The notes under the pieces: generated by a model
The model's database searches: none
Told to the model about the DNA's origin: nothing
What the model saw: the letters and a program-made list of their open reading frames with translations, nothing else
In this document: piece after piece, positions 41,288 to 50,097 of the stretch
Numbering within the stretch: the first letter of the stretch is position 1
How the letters are laid out: each line of letters begins with the position of its first letter
Assembly (NCBI GenBank): GCA_965243205.1
Contig: CBDEUK010000002.1
Coordinates: forward strand, 768,001 to 832,000
Length of the DNA: 64,000 nt
Direction of reading: 5' to 3'
Origin: Gammaproteobacteria bacterium
GTDB taxonomy: Bacteria; Pseudomonadota; Gammaproteobacteria; Eutrophobiales; Eutrophobiaceae
Translations under genes and position numbers: made by a program

Positions 41288-41671
41288 ATGATTGCGAAAA
41301 CATTTTTAATTATTGGGGCTATCAACGCCCTACTCTCAGTGGTTCTTGGTGCTTTTGCTGCGCACGGTTTAAAAAATAAATTGGATCAACACTATTTAAA
41401 TGTATTTCAAACAGGTGTTGAGTATCAATTCTACCATGCCTTGGGATTAATACTGATTGGGATCGTGTGTATGCAATGGTTACCCAATGGCTTTTTGAAA
41501 TCCTCTGGTTGGGTCATGTTATTTGGCATTGTGATATTTTCAGGCAGTCTTTATATATTAAGTATCACCCAAATCCGTTGGATGGGAGCTATTACACCTA
41601 TCGGTGGTTTATCATTCATAATAGCCTGGGCTTTATTTATTGTGGGAGTAATGAAAGCTCAAGCGGTTTGA
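41288..41671 (+). CDS. DUF423 (YgdD/TMEM256) membrane protein
   Basis: GAFAAHGL, YQFYHA, FSGSLY and GAITPIGG motifs. Confidence 0.9.
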   Translation: MIAKTFLIIGAINALLSVVLGAFAAHGLKNKLDQHYLNVFQTGVEYQFYHALGLILIGIVCMQWLPNGFLKSSGWVMLFGIVIFSGSLYILSITQIRWMGAITPIGGLSFIIAWALFIVGVMKAQAV

Positions 41672-42024
41672 TAAAAGAAAAAGTGATAAACCAAATATGC
41701 GACTGCAAACCAGATCGTAATCACAATGAATAAGCCTGTTATTTGAAACGCTTTACTCGGCTGTTCAGCTTCTAAAACATTTTCCTGTTCGTATTCTTGG
41801 ATTAAAACCTGAGGAATTATCCCGTACGCCAACTTTAATAAAAACGGAATTATAATCACATCGTCCAACCAACCCAGTACTGGAATAAAATCGGGTATGA
41901 GATCCACTGGACTGAGCAAATAAGCAATCGCCAGCAAAATAATGAGTTTTGCCAATAACGGGCAGCGTTGATCAAACACCGCTTTTCGCAATACCATTAG
42001 CTTATTTTTTATCTCACTTATCAT
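41659..42024 (-). CDS. YkvA/DUF1232 family membrane protein
   Basis: YLLSPVDLIPDFIPVLGWLDD motif. Confidence 0.9.
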   Translation of the reverse strand: MISEIKNKLMVLRKAVFDQRCPLLAKLIILLAIAYLLSPVDLIPDFIPVLGWLDDVIIIPFLLKLAYGIIPQVLIQEYEQENVLEAEQPSKAFQITGLFIVITIWFAVAYLVYHFFFYQTA

Positions 42025-42121
42025 GTGCTTTTTATCATTTACTGGCTTCAGAATGCCCTTAAGGATAATTCGATTATTTGGTATGATTTTATCCTAATTT
42101 TTCTAACATAAAAGATTCGAT

Positions 42122-42475
42122 ATGGCGCTACCTCCACTCGGCACAATTCTAAATAACGCCCCTTTGATCATTCAAGGTGCAAACCATTTATTAAAAATGC
42201 TGCGCGATAAAGACAAAGAGCCAGAACAAGAAACACCGCCAACGAATATCGATGATGTCGCTACAGAATTAAAAAAAATCAATGAACGTTTGAACAATGC
42301 AGATAAATCCGATATTCAACAAATTGAACTTATTGAAGCCTTAGCCAAACAAAACGAATCTTTAGCCAGTTCTATGCAAACATCTTTAAAGAAAACACAT
42401 TTTGCATCGACCCTTGCAATCATTGCTATCGTATTAGCCGCCATTAGTTTGGCAAAGGTATTTAATATCATTTAA
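42122..42475 (+). CDS. Hypothetical protein, coiled coil with C-terminal TM helix
   Basis: ORF with LIEALAKQNE coil and a hydrophobic tail. Confidence 0.65.
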   Translation: MALPPLGTILNNAPLIIQGANHLLKMLRDKDKEPEQETPPTNIDDVATELKKINERLNNADKSDIQQIELIEALAKQNESLASSMQTSLKKTHFASTLAIIAIVLAAISLAKVFNII

Positions 42476-42479
42476 TCCT

Positions 42480-42782
42480 ATGAAGCTTGTGTATACCAGT
42501 GACAACCTGATGATAGCAGGGCAAATTCAAGGCTTGCTTGAATCCAACCAAATCAATAGTTTTATGAAAAACGTTTCGCTCACAGGTGGTATTGGTGAAT
42601 TACCTGCTAACGAATGCTGGCCTGAAGTTTGGGTGCATAATGATAACGATGAAACTTCTGCGCTTGAATTGATACAAAGTTATTTAAAACAACAACCTTC
42701 AAATTCACCATGGCAATGTCAATGTGGTGAAACCATTGAAGGGCAATATACTGAATGCTGGAACTGTGGACATGCTGTTTAA
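42480..42782 (+). CDS. DUF2007-like protein with C-terminal zinc ribbon
   Basis: GELP..ECWPEVWV; WQCQCGE...CWNCG. Confidence 0.8.
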   Translation: MKLVYTSDNLMIAGQIQGLLESNQINSFMKNVSLTGGIGELPANECWPEVWVHNDNDETSALELIQSYLKQQPSNSPWQCQCGETIEGQYTECWNCGHAV

Positions 42783-44208
42783 CACAAAACTATTTTTAAT
42801 TACTTTAATATGCGTTTTATCTTTTGGTATCCATAGTAATGCTTTAGCCAATAACAAATTACCTACCGTCGTTCTAAACACACTCAAAAAACATAAACTG
42901 CCTGTGAATTCGATGAGTGTGTATATAAAAGAAATTAACAACGCCACTCCGTTAATTGATTATCAATCGAGTTCCTCACGTAATCCAGCATCAGTCATGA
43001 AGATGGTTACAACCTTAGCAGGCTTAGAAATTTTAGGCCCTGCGTATCATTGGGAAACTGACTTTTATTATGATGGTGTGTTATCGAATAACACTCTACA
43101 AGGAAATTTACGTATTAAAGGTGGTGCTGATCCATTTTTTACTCGAGAAAATTTTTGGCACTCATTATTCACATTACAATCAAAAGGTTTAAAACATATA
43201 AAAGGTCATTTAATCATTGACCGTAGTGCGATCGAACAAGAAAACGGCCATCCTGGTCAGTTTGATAAAAAACCGTATCGTGCTTATAACGCATTTCCAG
43301 ATGCAGCCTTATTAAACTTTACAGCACAACAGTTTATATTTTTACCGCAAGGTAATAATGTGAAAGTTTATTCCGATCCATCTTCATCAAATTTAGAAAT
43401 TCGTAATAAATTAAAATTAGTTAAAGGTAAATGTCGCGGCATTAGTCGTGCAGCAAAAATGAACGTAACTCATCAAGGTTTAAAAACCATTGCAGAGTTT
43501 ACTGGCAATTATCCTAAAAGTTGTGGTGAACGTGAATTATTACGTAGCGTGACCAACAATTCAGTTTATACCTATGGTGTATTCAAATCATTATGGGAAA
43601 ACATGGGTGGCACCATTGATGGCACAGTAAAACATGGCTTGATTGGAACGGATTTAGAATTAATTCATAAGCACCACTCATTACCTTTATCTGACATCAT
43701 TCAATACATTAATAAATTCAGTAACAATGTGATGGCAAGGCAATTGTTATTAACCATGGCTAAAGAAAAATTCGGTGAACCTGGCACCAAACAAAATGCC
43801 AAAATGGTAATCAATGATTGGTTAAAACAAAAAGGCATTAATCCAGCTAACATTATTATTGATAACGGAGCAGGCCTTTCACGTACTGCACGCTTCAATG
43901 CTATATCCTTATCCAAATTATTAGAACAAGCTTATAAAAGTCATCTACGCCCTGAATTCTTAAGTTCCTTACCCATCGCTGGCATTGATGGCACCATGAA
44001 AAAACGTTTTAAAAATACTATCCCTGCAGGAACCATGCGTATAAAAACAGGTTTACTTAATGACGTACGTTCTATGGCCGGTTATGTCACTACAAACAGC
44101 GGCAAAGAATACATCGTAGTATCCTTTCAGAATCACCCTGGTGTACAAAACTGGACTGGCACAGAAATACAAAATGTTTTATTGCATTGGTTGTATCATA
44201 ATCACTAA
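42772..44208 (+). CDS. dacB: D-Ala-D-Ala carboxypeptidase/endopeptidase (PBP4, S13)
   Basis: PASVMK (SxxK), SNN and KTG motifs; signal peptide from ATG 42772. Confidence 0.93.
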   Translation: MLFNTKLFLITLICVLSFGIHSNALANNKLPTVVLNTLKKHKLPVNSMSVYIKEINNATPLIDYQSSSSRNPASVMKMVTTLAGLEILGPAYHWETDFYYDGVLSNNTLQGNLRIKGGADPFFTRENFWHSLFTLQSKGLKHIKGHLIIDRSAIEQENGHPGQFDKKPYRAYNAFPDAALLNFTAQQFIFLPQGNNVKVYSDPSSSNLEIRNKLKLVKGKCRGISRAAKMNVTHQGLKTIAEFTGNYPKSCGERELLRSVTNNSVYTYGVFKSLWENMGGTIDGTVKHGLIGTDLELIHKHHSLPLSDIIQYINKFSNNVMARQLLLTMAKEKFGEPGTKQNAKMVINDWLKQKGINPANIIIDNGAGLSRTARFNAISLSKLLEQAYKSHLRPEFLSSLPIAGIDGTMKKRFKNTIPAGTMRIKTGLLNDVRSMAGYVTTNSGKEYIVVSFQNHPGVQNWTGTEIQNVLLHWLYHNH

Positions 44209-44252
44209 GAATTCGATCATATTGTTCATCAAAGTAAGGAAAGAAGAATACG

Positions 44253-44483
44253 ATGATAAAAATTTTTCCTACAGTACTAATTACCATTGGGGTTGCGGGA
44301 ATTATCTTTGCGTTACGAGCTTTGTTTGTGTGGGAACTTCCATTCATTGGAAGAAATGACATTCTCTATATAATTTCAATTAATGAAAATCAGTATTTAT
44401 TTTGGTTCATTGAATTATTTTATTTATTTGGTGGGATAGTATTTTTTCTACTAGGCTTAAAAGAATATAAAGATGAGTTCTAG
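44253..44483 (+). CDS. Small hypothetical membrane protein
   Basis: 76 aa, two hydrophobic segments, AGGAA RBS. Confidence 0.55.
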   Translation: MIKIFPTVLITIGVAGIIFALRALFVWELPFIGRNDILYIISINENQYLFWFIELFYLFGGIVFFLLGLKEYKDEF

Positions 44484-44496
44484 GAACATAGAATAT

Positions 44497-44556
44497 ACTC
44501 TAGCCAGTTATTCCAACCAACTGCTAACGCGCCCGGCTGAATTCAAACTTTATATG
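44497..44556 (+). mobile_element. Degenerate integron attC-like site
   Basis: CTCTAGC-CAGTT-ATTCCAACC...GGCTGAATT-CAAAC-TTTATAT, about 59 bp; L-box pairing is recognisable but both core triplets are altered (AAC>AGC, GTT>TTT). Confidence 0.5.
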
Positions 44557-44590
44557 TAGCAATTAATATCGAGCAGTCCAAATTAAAATA

Positions 44591-45130
44591 ATGAATACAA
44601 GAAATAAAACAAATAAAGTTATAGTAGAAAACTCACAGGTTTCTCATAGCATTATAGCTAAAATCTTTCATTGGGGTTTTATTGCTGTTTTCTTCTATGC
44701 ACTAACTAAGCAACTAGATGAGGTAGAGGAACTTGAAAATACCTCTTTGCTCTATTCAGAAATTATTTTTGCAACAATATTTTTATTATTATTATTTATC
44801 AGATATGTATATATGCGAATAAAAAGTACATCCGCACTCCCAAAAGATAGCTCTGCAATAGTAAAATTTATGGCAAAATTAGTACATACATGTATGTATA
44901 TTGCTTTGTCTATGATCGCTATTACCGGTCTTGGAATTGGCGCCTTGTATTGGTACGGTATTAAGAGTGGGGCTGTTATGAATGCTATGCTTTTATCACA
45001 TGAAATATTTGTTAATTCGAGTTTTATATTAATAGGTCTGCATATTTCAGCGGCTTTATACCATCGATTTTTAGGAGATGGTGTGTGGAATTCAATGGTG
45101 CCAATTTGGAAAGAAAAAAATAAGACATGA
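44591..45130 (+). CDS. Cytochrome b561/b-b6 domain membrane protein
   Basis: Four TM helices; His motifs FHW, VH and H..AALYH. Confidence 0.78.
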   Translation: MNTRNKTNKVIVENSQVSHSIIAKIFHWGFIAVFFYALTKQLDEVEELENTSLLYSEIIFATIFLLLLFIRYVYMRIKSTSALPKDSSAIVKFMAKLVHTCMYIALSMIAITGLGIGALYWYGIKSGAVMNAMLLSHEIFVNSSFILIGLHISAALYHRFLGDGVWNSMVPIWKEKNKT

Positions 45131-45202
45131 ACATATTTATAAATAATTTAATACACGCCAAGCTCATAATAATCAATATCAAGGCAATATTATTGCATTG
45201 CC

Positions 45203-45233
45203 ACCTAACAATTCCTTAATGATATCGTTAGAT
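45203..45233 (+). mobile_element. Internally deleted attC-like remnant
   Basis: ACCTAAC (RYYYAAC) and GTTAGAT (GTTRRRY) only 17 nt apart. Confidence 0.3.
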
Positions 45234-45275
45234 TAGTTTTTTTTAAGAATACCTAAGAGAAGAGTAACTCATGAC

Positions 45276-45950
45276 ATGAAATACTTTTTACCTATCATGT
45301 TATTATTTTCAAGTAATGTGTTATCTATTGAGAGTGTATGTTACGGAACAACATCAAAAGGCAGTCTAGAGAATGGGGTTAAGTTACCTCCAAAGGGAAA
45401 CAATTTTATCAGTTATAGTAATATGGCTGAAATATTAGGCCGAACATATGTCCATTCCGAAGTTAAAAAAATTATTATTGCTGCATATAAAGACTTAGAA
45501 ACATCACAACCTAATAAAGTTTTCAAATACGCTGAAACCGGTTCCAAAAGCGGTGGGCAATTTAAACCACACAAAACACATCAAAATGGTTTATCTGTTG
45601 ATTTCATGATACCAGTAATTAACTCAAAAGGCGAATCCGTTCATTTACCAACTCATGCACTCAATAAATTTGGTTATAACATTGAATTTGATAAAAATGG
45701 TAATTACGATGATTTAACCATTGATTATGAGGCTTTAGCTGCTCATATAACTGCTTTGCATAAACAATCTAAAAAGATAGGCTATAATTTGTGGCGTGTT
45801 ATTTTTGATCCTAAATTACAAGCAAATCTTTTTAAAACTAAATACGCAGATTATCTAAAAAATAATATACAATTTTCGAAAAAAAGATCATGGGTTAGGC
45901 ATGATGAACATTATCATGTTGATTTCTCCATTCCATGTAAGAAATTTTAG
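45276..45950 (+). CDS. Penicillin-insensitive murein endopeptidase (MepA-like, LAS family)
   Basis: Signal peptide; GSLENG, H.THQNGLSVD and RHDEHYHVDF motifs. Confidence 0.8.
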   Translation: MKYFLPIMLLFSSNVLSIESVCYGTTSKGSLENGVKLPPKGNNFISYSNMAEILGRTYVHSEVKKIIIAAYKDLETSQPNKVFKYAETGSKSGGQFKPHKTHQNGLSVDFMIPVINSKGESVHLPTHALNKFGYNIEFDKNGNYDDLTIDYEALAAHITALHKQSKKIGYNLWRVIFDPKLQANLFKTKYADYLKNNIQFSKKRSWVRHDEHYHVDFSIPCKKF

Positions 45951-46022
45951 AGTCAAGGTAACAATTTAATTACAATATATTCTAGCGTTGACTTCCTAAA
46001 CCTTCTCAGTAATGATCAACTT

Positions 46023-46076
46023 ATGAATATAGATTCTCTACGCACAAATTTTCGAATTATTACCATCATTCCATAG
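46023..46076 (+). CDS. Ile-rich leader peptide MNIDSLRTNFRIITIIP
   Basis: 17 codons ending ATT ATT ACC ATC ATT CCA TAG; overlaps attenuator stem 1. Confidence 0.7.
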   Translation: MNIDSLRTNFRIITIIP

Positions 46077-46133
46077 GAATGGTGGGTTTTGATACGTAAA
46101 TCATTTTCAAACCCGCCCAAGAGGCGGGTTTTT
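46063..46133 (+). promoter_or_regulatory. Transcription attenuator (pause 1:2, antiterminator 2:3, terminator 3:4)
   Basis: CCATCATTCC/GGAATGGTGG; GGTGGGTTTTGA/TCAAACCCGCC; AAACCCGCC-CAAGA-GGCGGGTTTTT. Confidence 0.78.
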
Positions 46134-46177
46134 ATTATCAGCTTCTTGGGCATTGAGTAATAGCCAAAGGAGGCAAT

Positions 46178-46705
46178 ATGAAAAAAATAGCAATATTCGG
46201 AAATACTGGAGGTGGTAAGTCTACATTGGCTAAACAATTAGCCGAAGTTACTGGGCTTCCACTCTACCCTTTAGATAAAATACAATACAAATTTGGTGGT
46301 GCAAAAGTATCAGACGATAAATATCTAAAAGCTCATGTTGAACTATTACGGCAAGAGAAATGGATCATCGATGGCTTTGGTAATATTACAACTGCATGGG
46401 AACGCTTTGGTGTTGCCGATACATTAATCTATATCGACTTACCTCTAATGACACATGCGCTATGGGTAACCAAGCGATTTTTTAAAGGCTTTATTGTTAA
46501 CCCTGAGGGTTGGCCTGATAAGAGTCCTTTATTTAAAAGTACATTGAATAGTTATCGAGTACTTTGGTTATGCCATCGCAAGCTCACACCTGCTTATCGA
46601 AAACTAGTAGCTGAATCTATGGAATCGAAAAATGTTTATCATTTAAAGTCGCCTGCTGACATACAGCAATTTTTAGATGATATACAATCAAAAAATATTT
46701 TATAA
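46178..46705 (+). CDS. P-loop kinase-like protein (adenylate kinase-like / FlaR family)
   Basis: GNTGGGKST, WIIDG and ADTLIYIDLP motifs; AAGGAGG RBS. Confidence 0.82.
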   Translation: MKKIAIFGNTGGGKSTLAKQLAEVTGLPLYPLDKIQYKFGGAKVSDDKYLKAHVELLRQEKWIIDGFGNITTAWERFGVADTLIYIDLPLMTHALWVTKRFFKGFIVNPEGWPDKSPLFKSTLNSYRVLWLCHRKLTPAYRKLVAESMESKNVYHLKSPADIQQFLDDIQSKNIL

Positions 46706-46741
46706 ATTAATACTTCAGATTTATTTTTAAATAATTGAATT

Positions 46742-47362
46742 ATGTTTAACAAAGAAAATCTTCATGCCAGTCTTTCAAAATTAGGTATTTCTAATCCAGG
46801 AGATATCTTTGAAAGGCTAGAAGCTGCTTACACAGACTCTACTAGGTTCTATCATAATGAAACTCATGTCAGTGAATGTTTGAAATACCTGTATGAATAT
46901 TCTTATCTCGCGAATAATATTACTGAAATTGAGATCGCTATTTGGTTTCACGATGCTATCTATGATACGCATCGTAATGATAATGAAGAATTGAGTGCTG
47001 CTTGGGCCAATGATTATCTCAATAATTTCGCTATAACGAATAACATTGTTAAAAATATATATGACATGATTATATGCACTAAGACACATGTTGCCGATAA
47101 TATAGATGCTCAACTAATGCTTGATATTGATCTCAGTGTTTTAGGCGCATCAAATGAAGTATTTGAATCTTACGATAAAAAAATTCGCAAAGAATATCAT
47201 TGGATTTCAGAACTCGACTATCGAAAAGGGAGGATAGAGGTTTTAGAATCATTTCTAAAACGAGAAAACATTTATCACACTTCAGAATTCTCAGAACGTT
47301 TTGATAAAAAAGCTCGAAATAATCTCTCACGTAAGATAAAGGAATTATCGTCTAGTAATTAA
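46742..47362 (+). CDS. HD-superfamily metal-dependent phosphohydrolase
   Basis: RFYHNETH, AIWFHDAIYD, NEE.SA, LDIDLSVLG and IRKEY motifs. Confidence 0.85.
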   Translation: MFNKENLHASLSKLGISNPGDIFERLEAAYTDSTRFYHNETHVSECLKYLYEYSYLANNITEIEIAIWFHDAIYDTHRNDNEELSAAWANDYLNNFAITNNIVKNIYDMIICTKTHVADNIDAQLMLDIDLSVLGASNEVFESYDKKIRKEYHWISELDYRKGRIEVLESFLKRENIYHTSEFSERFDKKARNNLSRKIKELSSSN

Positions 47363-47371
47363 ACAATAATT

Positions 47372-47403
47372 ATAGAGCGAGTTAACTAATTAACTCGCTC
47401 TAT
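47372..47403. terminator. Perfect 14-bp hairpin between convergent genes
   Basis: ATAGAGCGAGTTAA-CTAA-TTAACTCGCTCTAT. Confidence 0.7.
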
Positions 47404-47407
47404 GCTT

Positions 47408-48313
47408 TTATGAAACTACTAATTCACATCCATCTTCCGATGTATCTTGCCAACCTATTTCACTAGGCCACCGACCTAATAATTTCGGTAAATAATTAAT
47501 ATTGGGAGCATTATAACCTTGCATCAATTCATAGTGACCAAACGATAATGGCGTCCAATTAATTACATCAAAGATATGACTAACGATTCTCACTATAAAT
47601 TTATTAATCGGAATTTGCATAGTTGACTCAAGATGTTTTGTTTTTCTAAGCTCAGTTAAGTACTCAGCAATACTCATAACATCGTTGCCTCCTAACTCAA
47701 CAATGCTAGGTAATTCTTTTTGTGTATAAAACACAATGTTTGCTATCGCTTCACCTAAATCAGAAACTTGTAATGGAGCTACTAAACCATCTGACTTCAT
47801 CACAAACTGTATTGGCCATAACGCCACTCTTCTAAACCATTTTGCTCCAAAACCTCCTTTACCATCTAATAATGATGGTCTTACGATCACTGCATTTGCC
47901 CCACTAGCAAATATTGCCTGCTCACCTGCATACTTAGATTTAATAAAGCGACTGCCTGCTGTAGGCGATAAGCCTAAAGCTGAAACGTGGATAAGTTTGA
48001 TATTTAAACCCTTACACGCACTGGCCAAAGCAGAAACACTGTTAGTATGTACATCTGCATACGATTCATTTTTACGTTCTCTTAAAATACCTACACTATT
48101 CACCACCACATCAAAATTGCTCAAAATATTCTTCCATTTTGATGGTTCTAACATTTCGTGCATACGCACCGTTATTTCATTGCTTTTAATATTGGTTTTT
48201 TGTGTTCCGATGCTAACTTGAGCATTATTGCTTAAAAACTTAACCACTTGGTTACCGATAAATCCATTACCACCTAAGACTAAAGCTCTGATATTTCGAT
48301 TATTTTCATTCAT
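47408..48313 (-). CDS. NAD-dependent epimerase/atypical SDR (NDUFA9-like)
   Basis: GGNGFIG, VVNSVGIL, HVSALG, SK..GE and RPSL motifs. Confidence 0.85.
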   Translation of the reverse strand: MNENNRNIRALVLGGNGFIGNQVVKFLSNNAQVSIGTQKTNIKSNEITVRMHEMLEPSKWKNILSNFDVVVNSVGILRERKNESYADVHTNSVSALASACKGLNIKLIHVSALGLSPTAGSRFIKSKYAGEQAIFASGANAVIVRPSLLDGKGGFGAKWFRRVALWPIQFVMKSDGLVAPLQVSDLGEAIANIVFYTQKELPSIVELGGNDVMSIAEYLTELRKTKHLESTMQIPINKFIVRIVSHIFDVINWTPLSFGHYELMQGYNAPNINYLPKLLGRWPSEIGWQDTSEDGCELVVS

Positions 48314-48328
48314 TTTCTTTATTTCTTT

Positions 48329-48350
48329 AATTTCTGTATTGACAGAAATT
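48329..48350. promoter_or_regulatory. Palindromic operator covering a TTGACA -35 box (probable GbsR/MarR site)
   Basis: AATTTCTGT-ATTG-ACAGAAATT in the divergent intergenic region. Confidence 0.62.
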
Positions 48351-48400
48351 TATGATATAAGTGATAATATGTCAAGTTAGATAGATTAAAGAGTTATTTA

Positions 48401-48934
48401 ATGAGCGAAAAAATAGAATTAAGTGAACAAGGTAATCAGTTTGTTTTGCACTGGGGTGAAATGGGTTCCCGTTGGGGAATCAATCGTACAGTGTCACAGA
48501 TCCATGCTTTTTTGTATTACATCGGCCAGCCAGCCAATGCAGAACAAATCTCAGAAACTTTGCATGTTGCACGTTCGAATGTCAGTAATAGTTTAAAAGA
48601 ATTGCAAAATTGGAATTTGATTCATGTAACGCATGTAATGGGAGATAGACGAGATTATTTTGAAACATCTTTGGATGTATGGGCGTTATTTAGAACCATA
48701 ATCACTGAAAGAAAAACTCGTGAGTTTGATCCAACTGTAGATTTTCTTAAATCGTTTCTTAAACAAAACAATTTTAATAAAAATGACAAAGAAGCAAAAA
48801 AACGTGTCGAAGACATACTAGAGCTTATGGAAGCTTTATCTGTTTGGGGTGAAGAAATGTTAAACCTTAAACCAGAGACGCTGACTAAAATAATGAAATA
48901 TGGTACGAAAATTCAAAAATTACTGAGAACTTAA
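48401..48934 (+). CDS. GbsR/MarR-family transcriptional regulator
   Basis: FVLHWGEMGSRWGINRTV, ARSNVSNSLKELQ and GDRRDYF motifs. Confidence 0.9.
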   Translation: MSEKIELSEQGNQFVLHWGEMGSRWGINRTVSQIHAFLYYIGQPANAEQISETLHVARSNVSNSLKELQNWNLIHVTHVMGDRRDYFETSLDVWALFRTIITERKTREFDPTVDFLKSFLKQNNFNKNDKEAKKRVEDILELMEALSVWGEEMLNLKPETLTKIMKYGTKIQKLLRT

Positions 48935-48937
48935 ATT

Positions 48938-49345
48938 ATGGATGTTACCTACCCTTTAACTATTTATTACGACGCATCTTGTCCTATGTGTAAAACTGAA
49001 ATGGAAACCTTAAAAGAAACTGATACTGAAAATAAACTTATTCTAAAAGATTGTTCTGATAAAAATTTATCGGTACCAACAAGTTGCCCTGTTACGCGAG
49101 AAGAAATGATGGAACGTATACATGCAATTGATGCGAATGGTATTTGGATCAAAAGTGTGGATGTATTCGCTGTAGCTTATGATGCGAGTGGCTATAAAAC
49201 TATTTCTAAAATTTGGGCAAGCAAAACATTGAAACCAATACTTAGCAGAGCTTATCCATTCATTGCTGATAATAGAAAATGGCTTTCAAAAACACCATTA
49301 CCTTATTTTCTAAATCGAGTATTGAAATTCCTTTCTAAAAAATAA
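48938..49345 (+). CDS. DUF393/DCC thiol-disulfide oxidoreductase-like protein
   Basis: YYDASCPMC motif; Y..IADNR. Confidence 0.85.
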   Translation: MDVTYPLTIYYDASCPMCKTEMETLKETDTENKLILKDCSDKNLSVPTSCPVTREEMMERIHAIDANGIWIKSVDVFAVAYDASGYKTISKIWASKTLKPILSRAYPFIADNRKWLSKTPLPYFLNRVLKFLSKK

Positions 49346-49458
49346 AAAAATTATTTAAATTTTAATAATTCAATCTCACTTCTAAAAAGTAATTTTTGTT
49401 TACATTACTATATTTGCAATAATATCATTTAACTTTAACAAACTATTAAGTTACCTCA

Positions 49459-50082
49459 ATGGAAATAATTATACCCGCTATACTAATTATATCTCTCATA
49501 TATGGAATTTATCTAACGATCCGTAAGTTTCGTATTCGACATCGAGAAAAGAAGATTGACGAGTTTCAATTCCCTAAAAAAATTTCTGAAAAGGTTTTAG
49601 AAACCTATCCACATTTAACTGAGCCACAACTCAATAAAGTCATCAATGGTTTAAGAGAGTATTTTCATATTTGTAACATCGCTGGCAATCGTATGGTATC
49701 AATGCCATCTCAAGCAGTAGATATTGCATGGCATGAATATATTTTATTTACAAAACAATACGAAATATTTTGTAAAAAATCTTTAGGACGTTTTTTACAT
49801 CATACGCCTGCTGAAGCCATGCAATCGAAAACCAAAGCTCAAAAAGGAATTAAAACTGCTTGGAAAATTTCTTGTTTCAGAGAAAACATAGAATCTAAAT
49901 CTCCAACAAGGTTACCTTTGCTTTTTGCTATGGATGCAGAGTTAGATATTCCTGATGGTTTTAAATATTCACTCGATTGCAGTAAAGATAATAATTACTG
50001 TGCAAGTGGTATTGGATGCGGCTCAGGTTGTGGTGGTTGTAGCAGTGGTGATGGATGTGGCGGTGGTTGTGGTGGAGACTAA
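49459..50082 (+). CDS. Glycine-rich-domain (DUF1399-like) membrane-anchored protein with Cys/Gly tail
   Basis: MPSQAVDIAWHEYIL...Y..FC....GRFLHHTP; tail CGSGCGGCSSGDGCGGGCGGD. Confidence 0.75.
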   Translation: MEIIIPAILIISLIYGIYLTIRKFRIRHREKKIDEFQFPKKISEKVLETYPHLTEPQLNKVINGLREYFHICNIAGNRMVSMPSQAVDIAWHEYILFTKQYEIFCKKSLGRFLHHTPAEAMQSKTKAQKGIKTAWKISCFRENIESKSPTRLPLLFAMDAELDIPDGFKYSLDCSKDNNYCASGIGCGSGCGGCSSGDGCGGGCGGD

Positions 50083-50097
50083 TAACAACTGAACTTA

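Noticed and set aside
46016-46237. 73-aa minus-strand ORF over the attenuator
   Set aside because: It has no recognisable features and overlaps the better-supported leader peptide, attenuator and kinase start on the plus strand.
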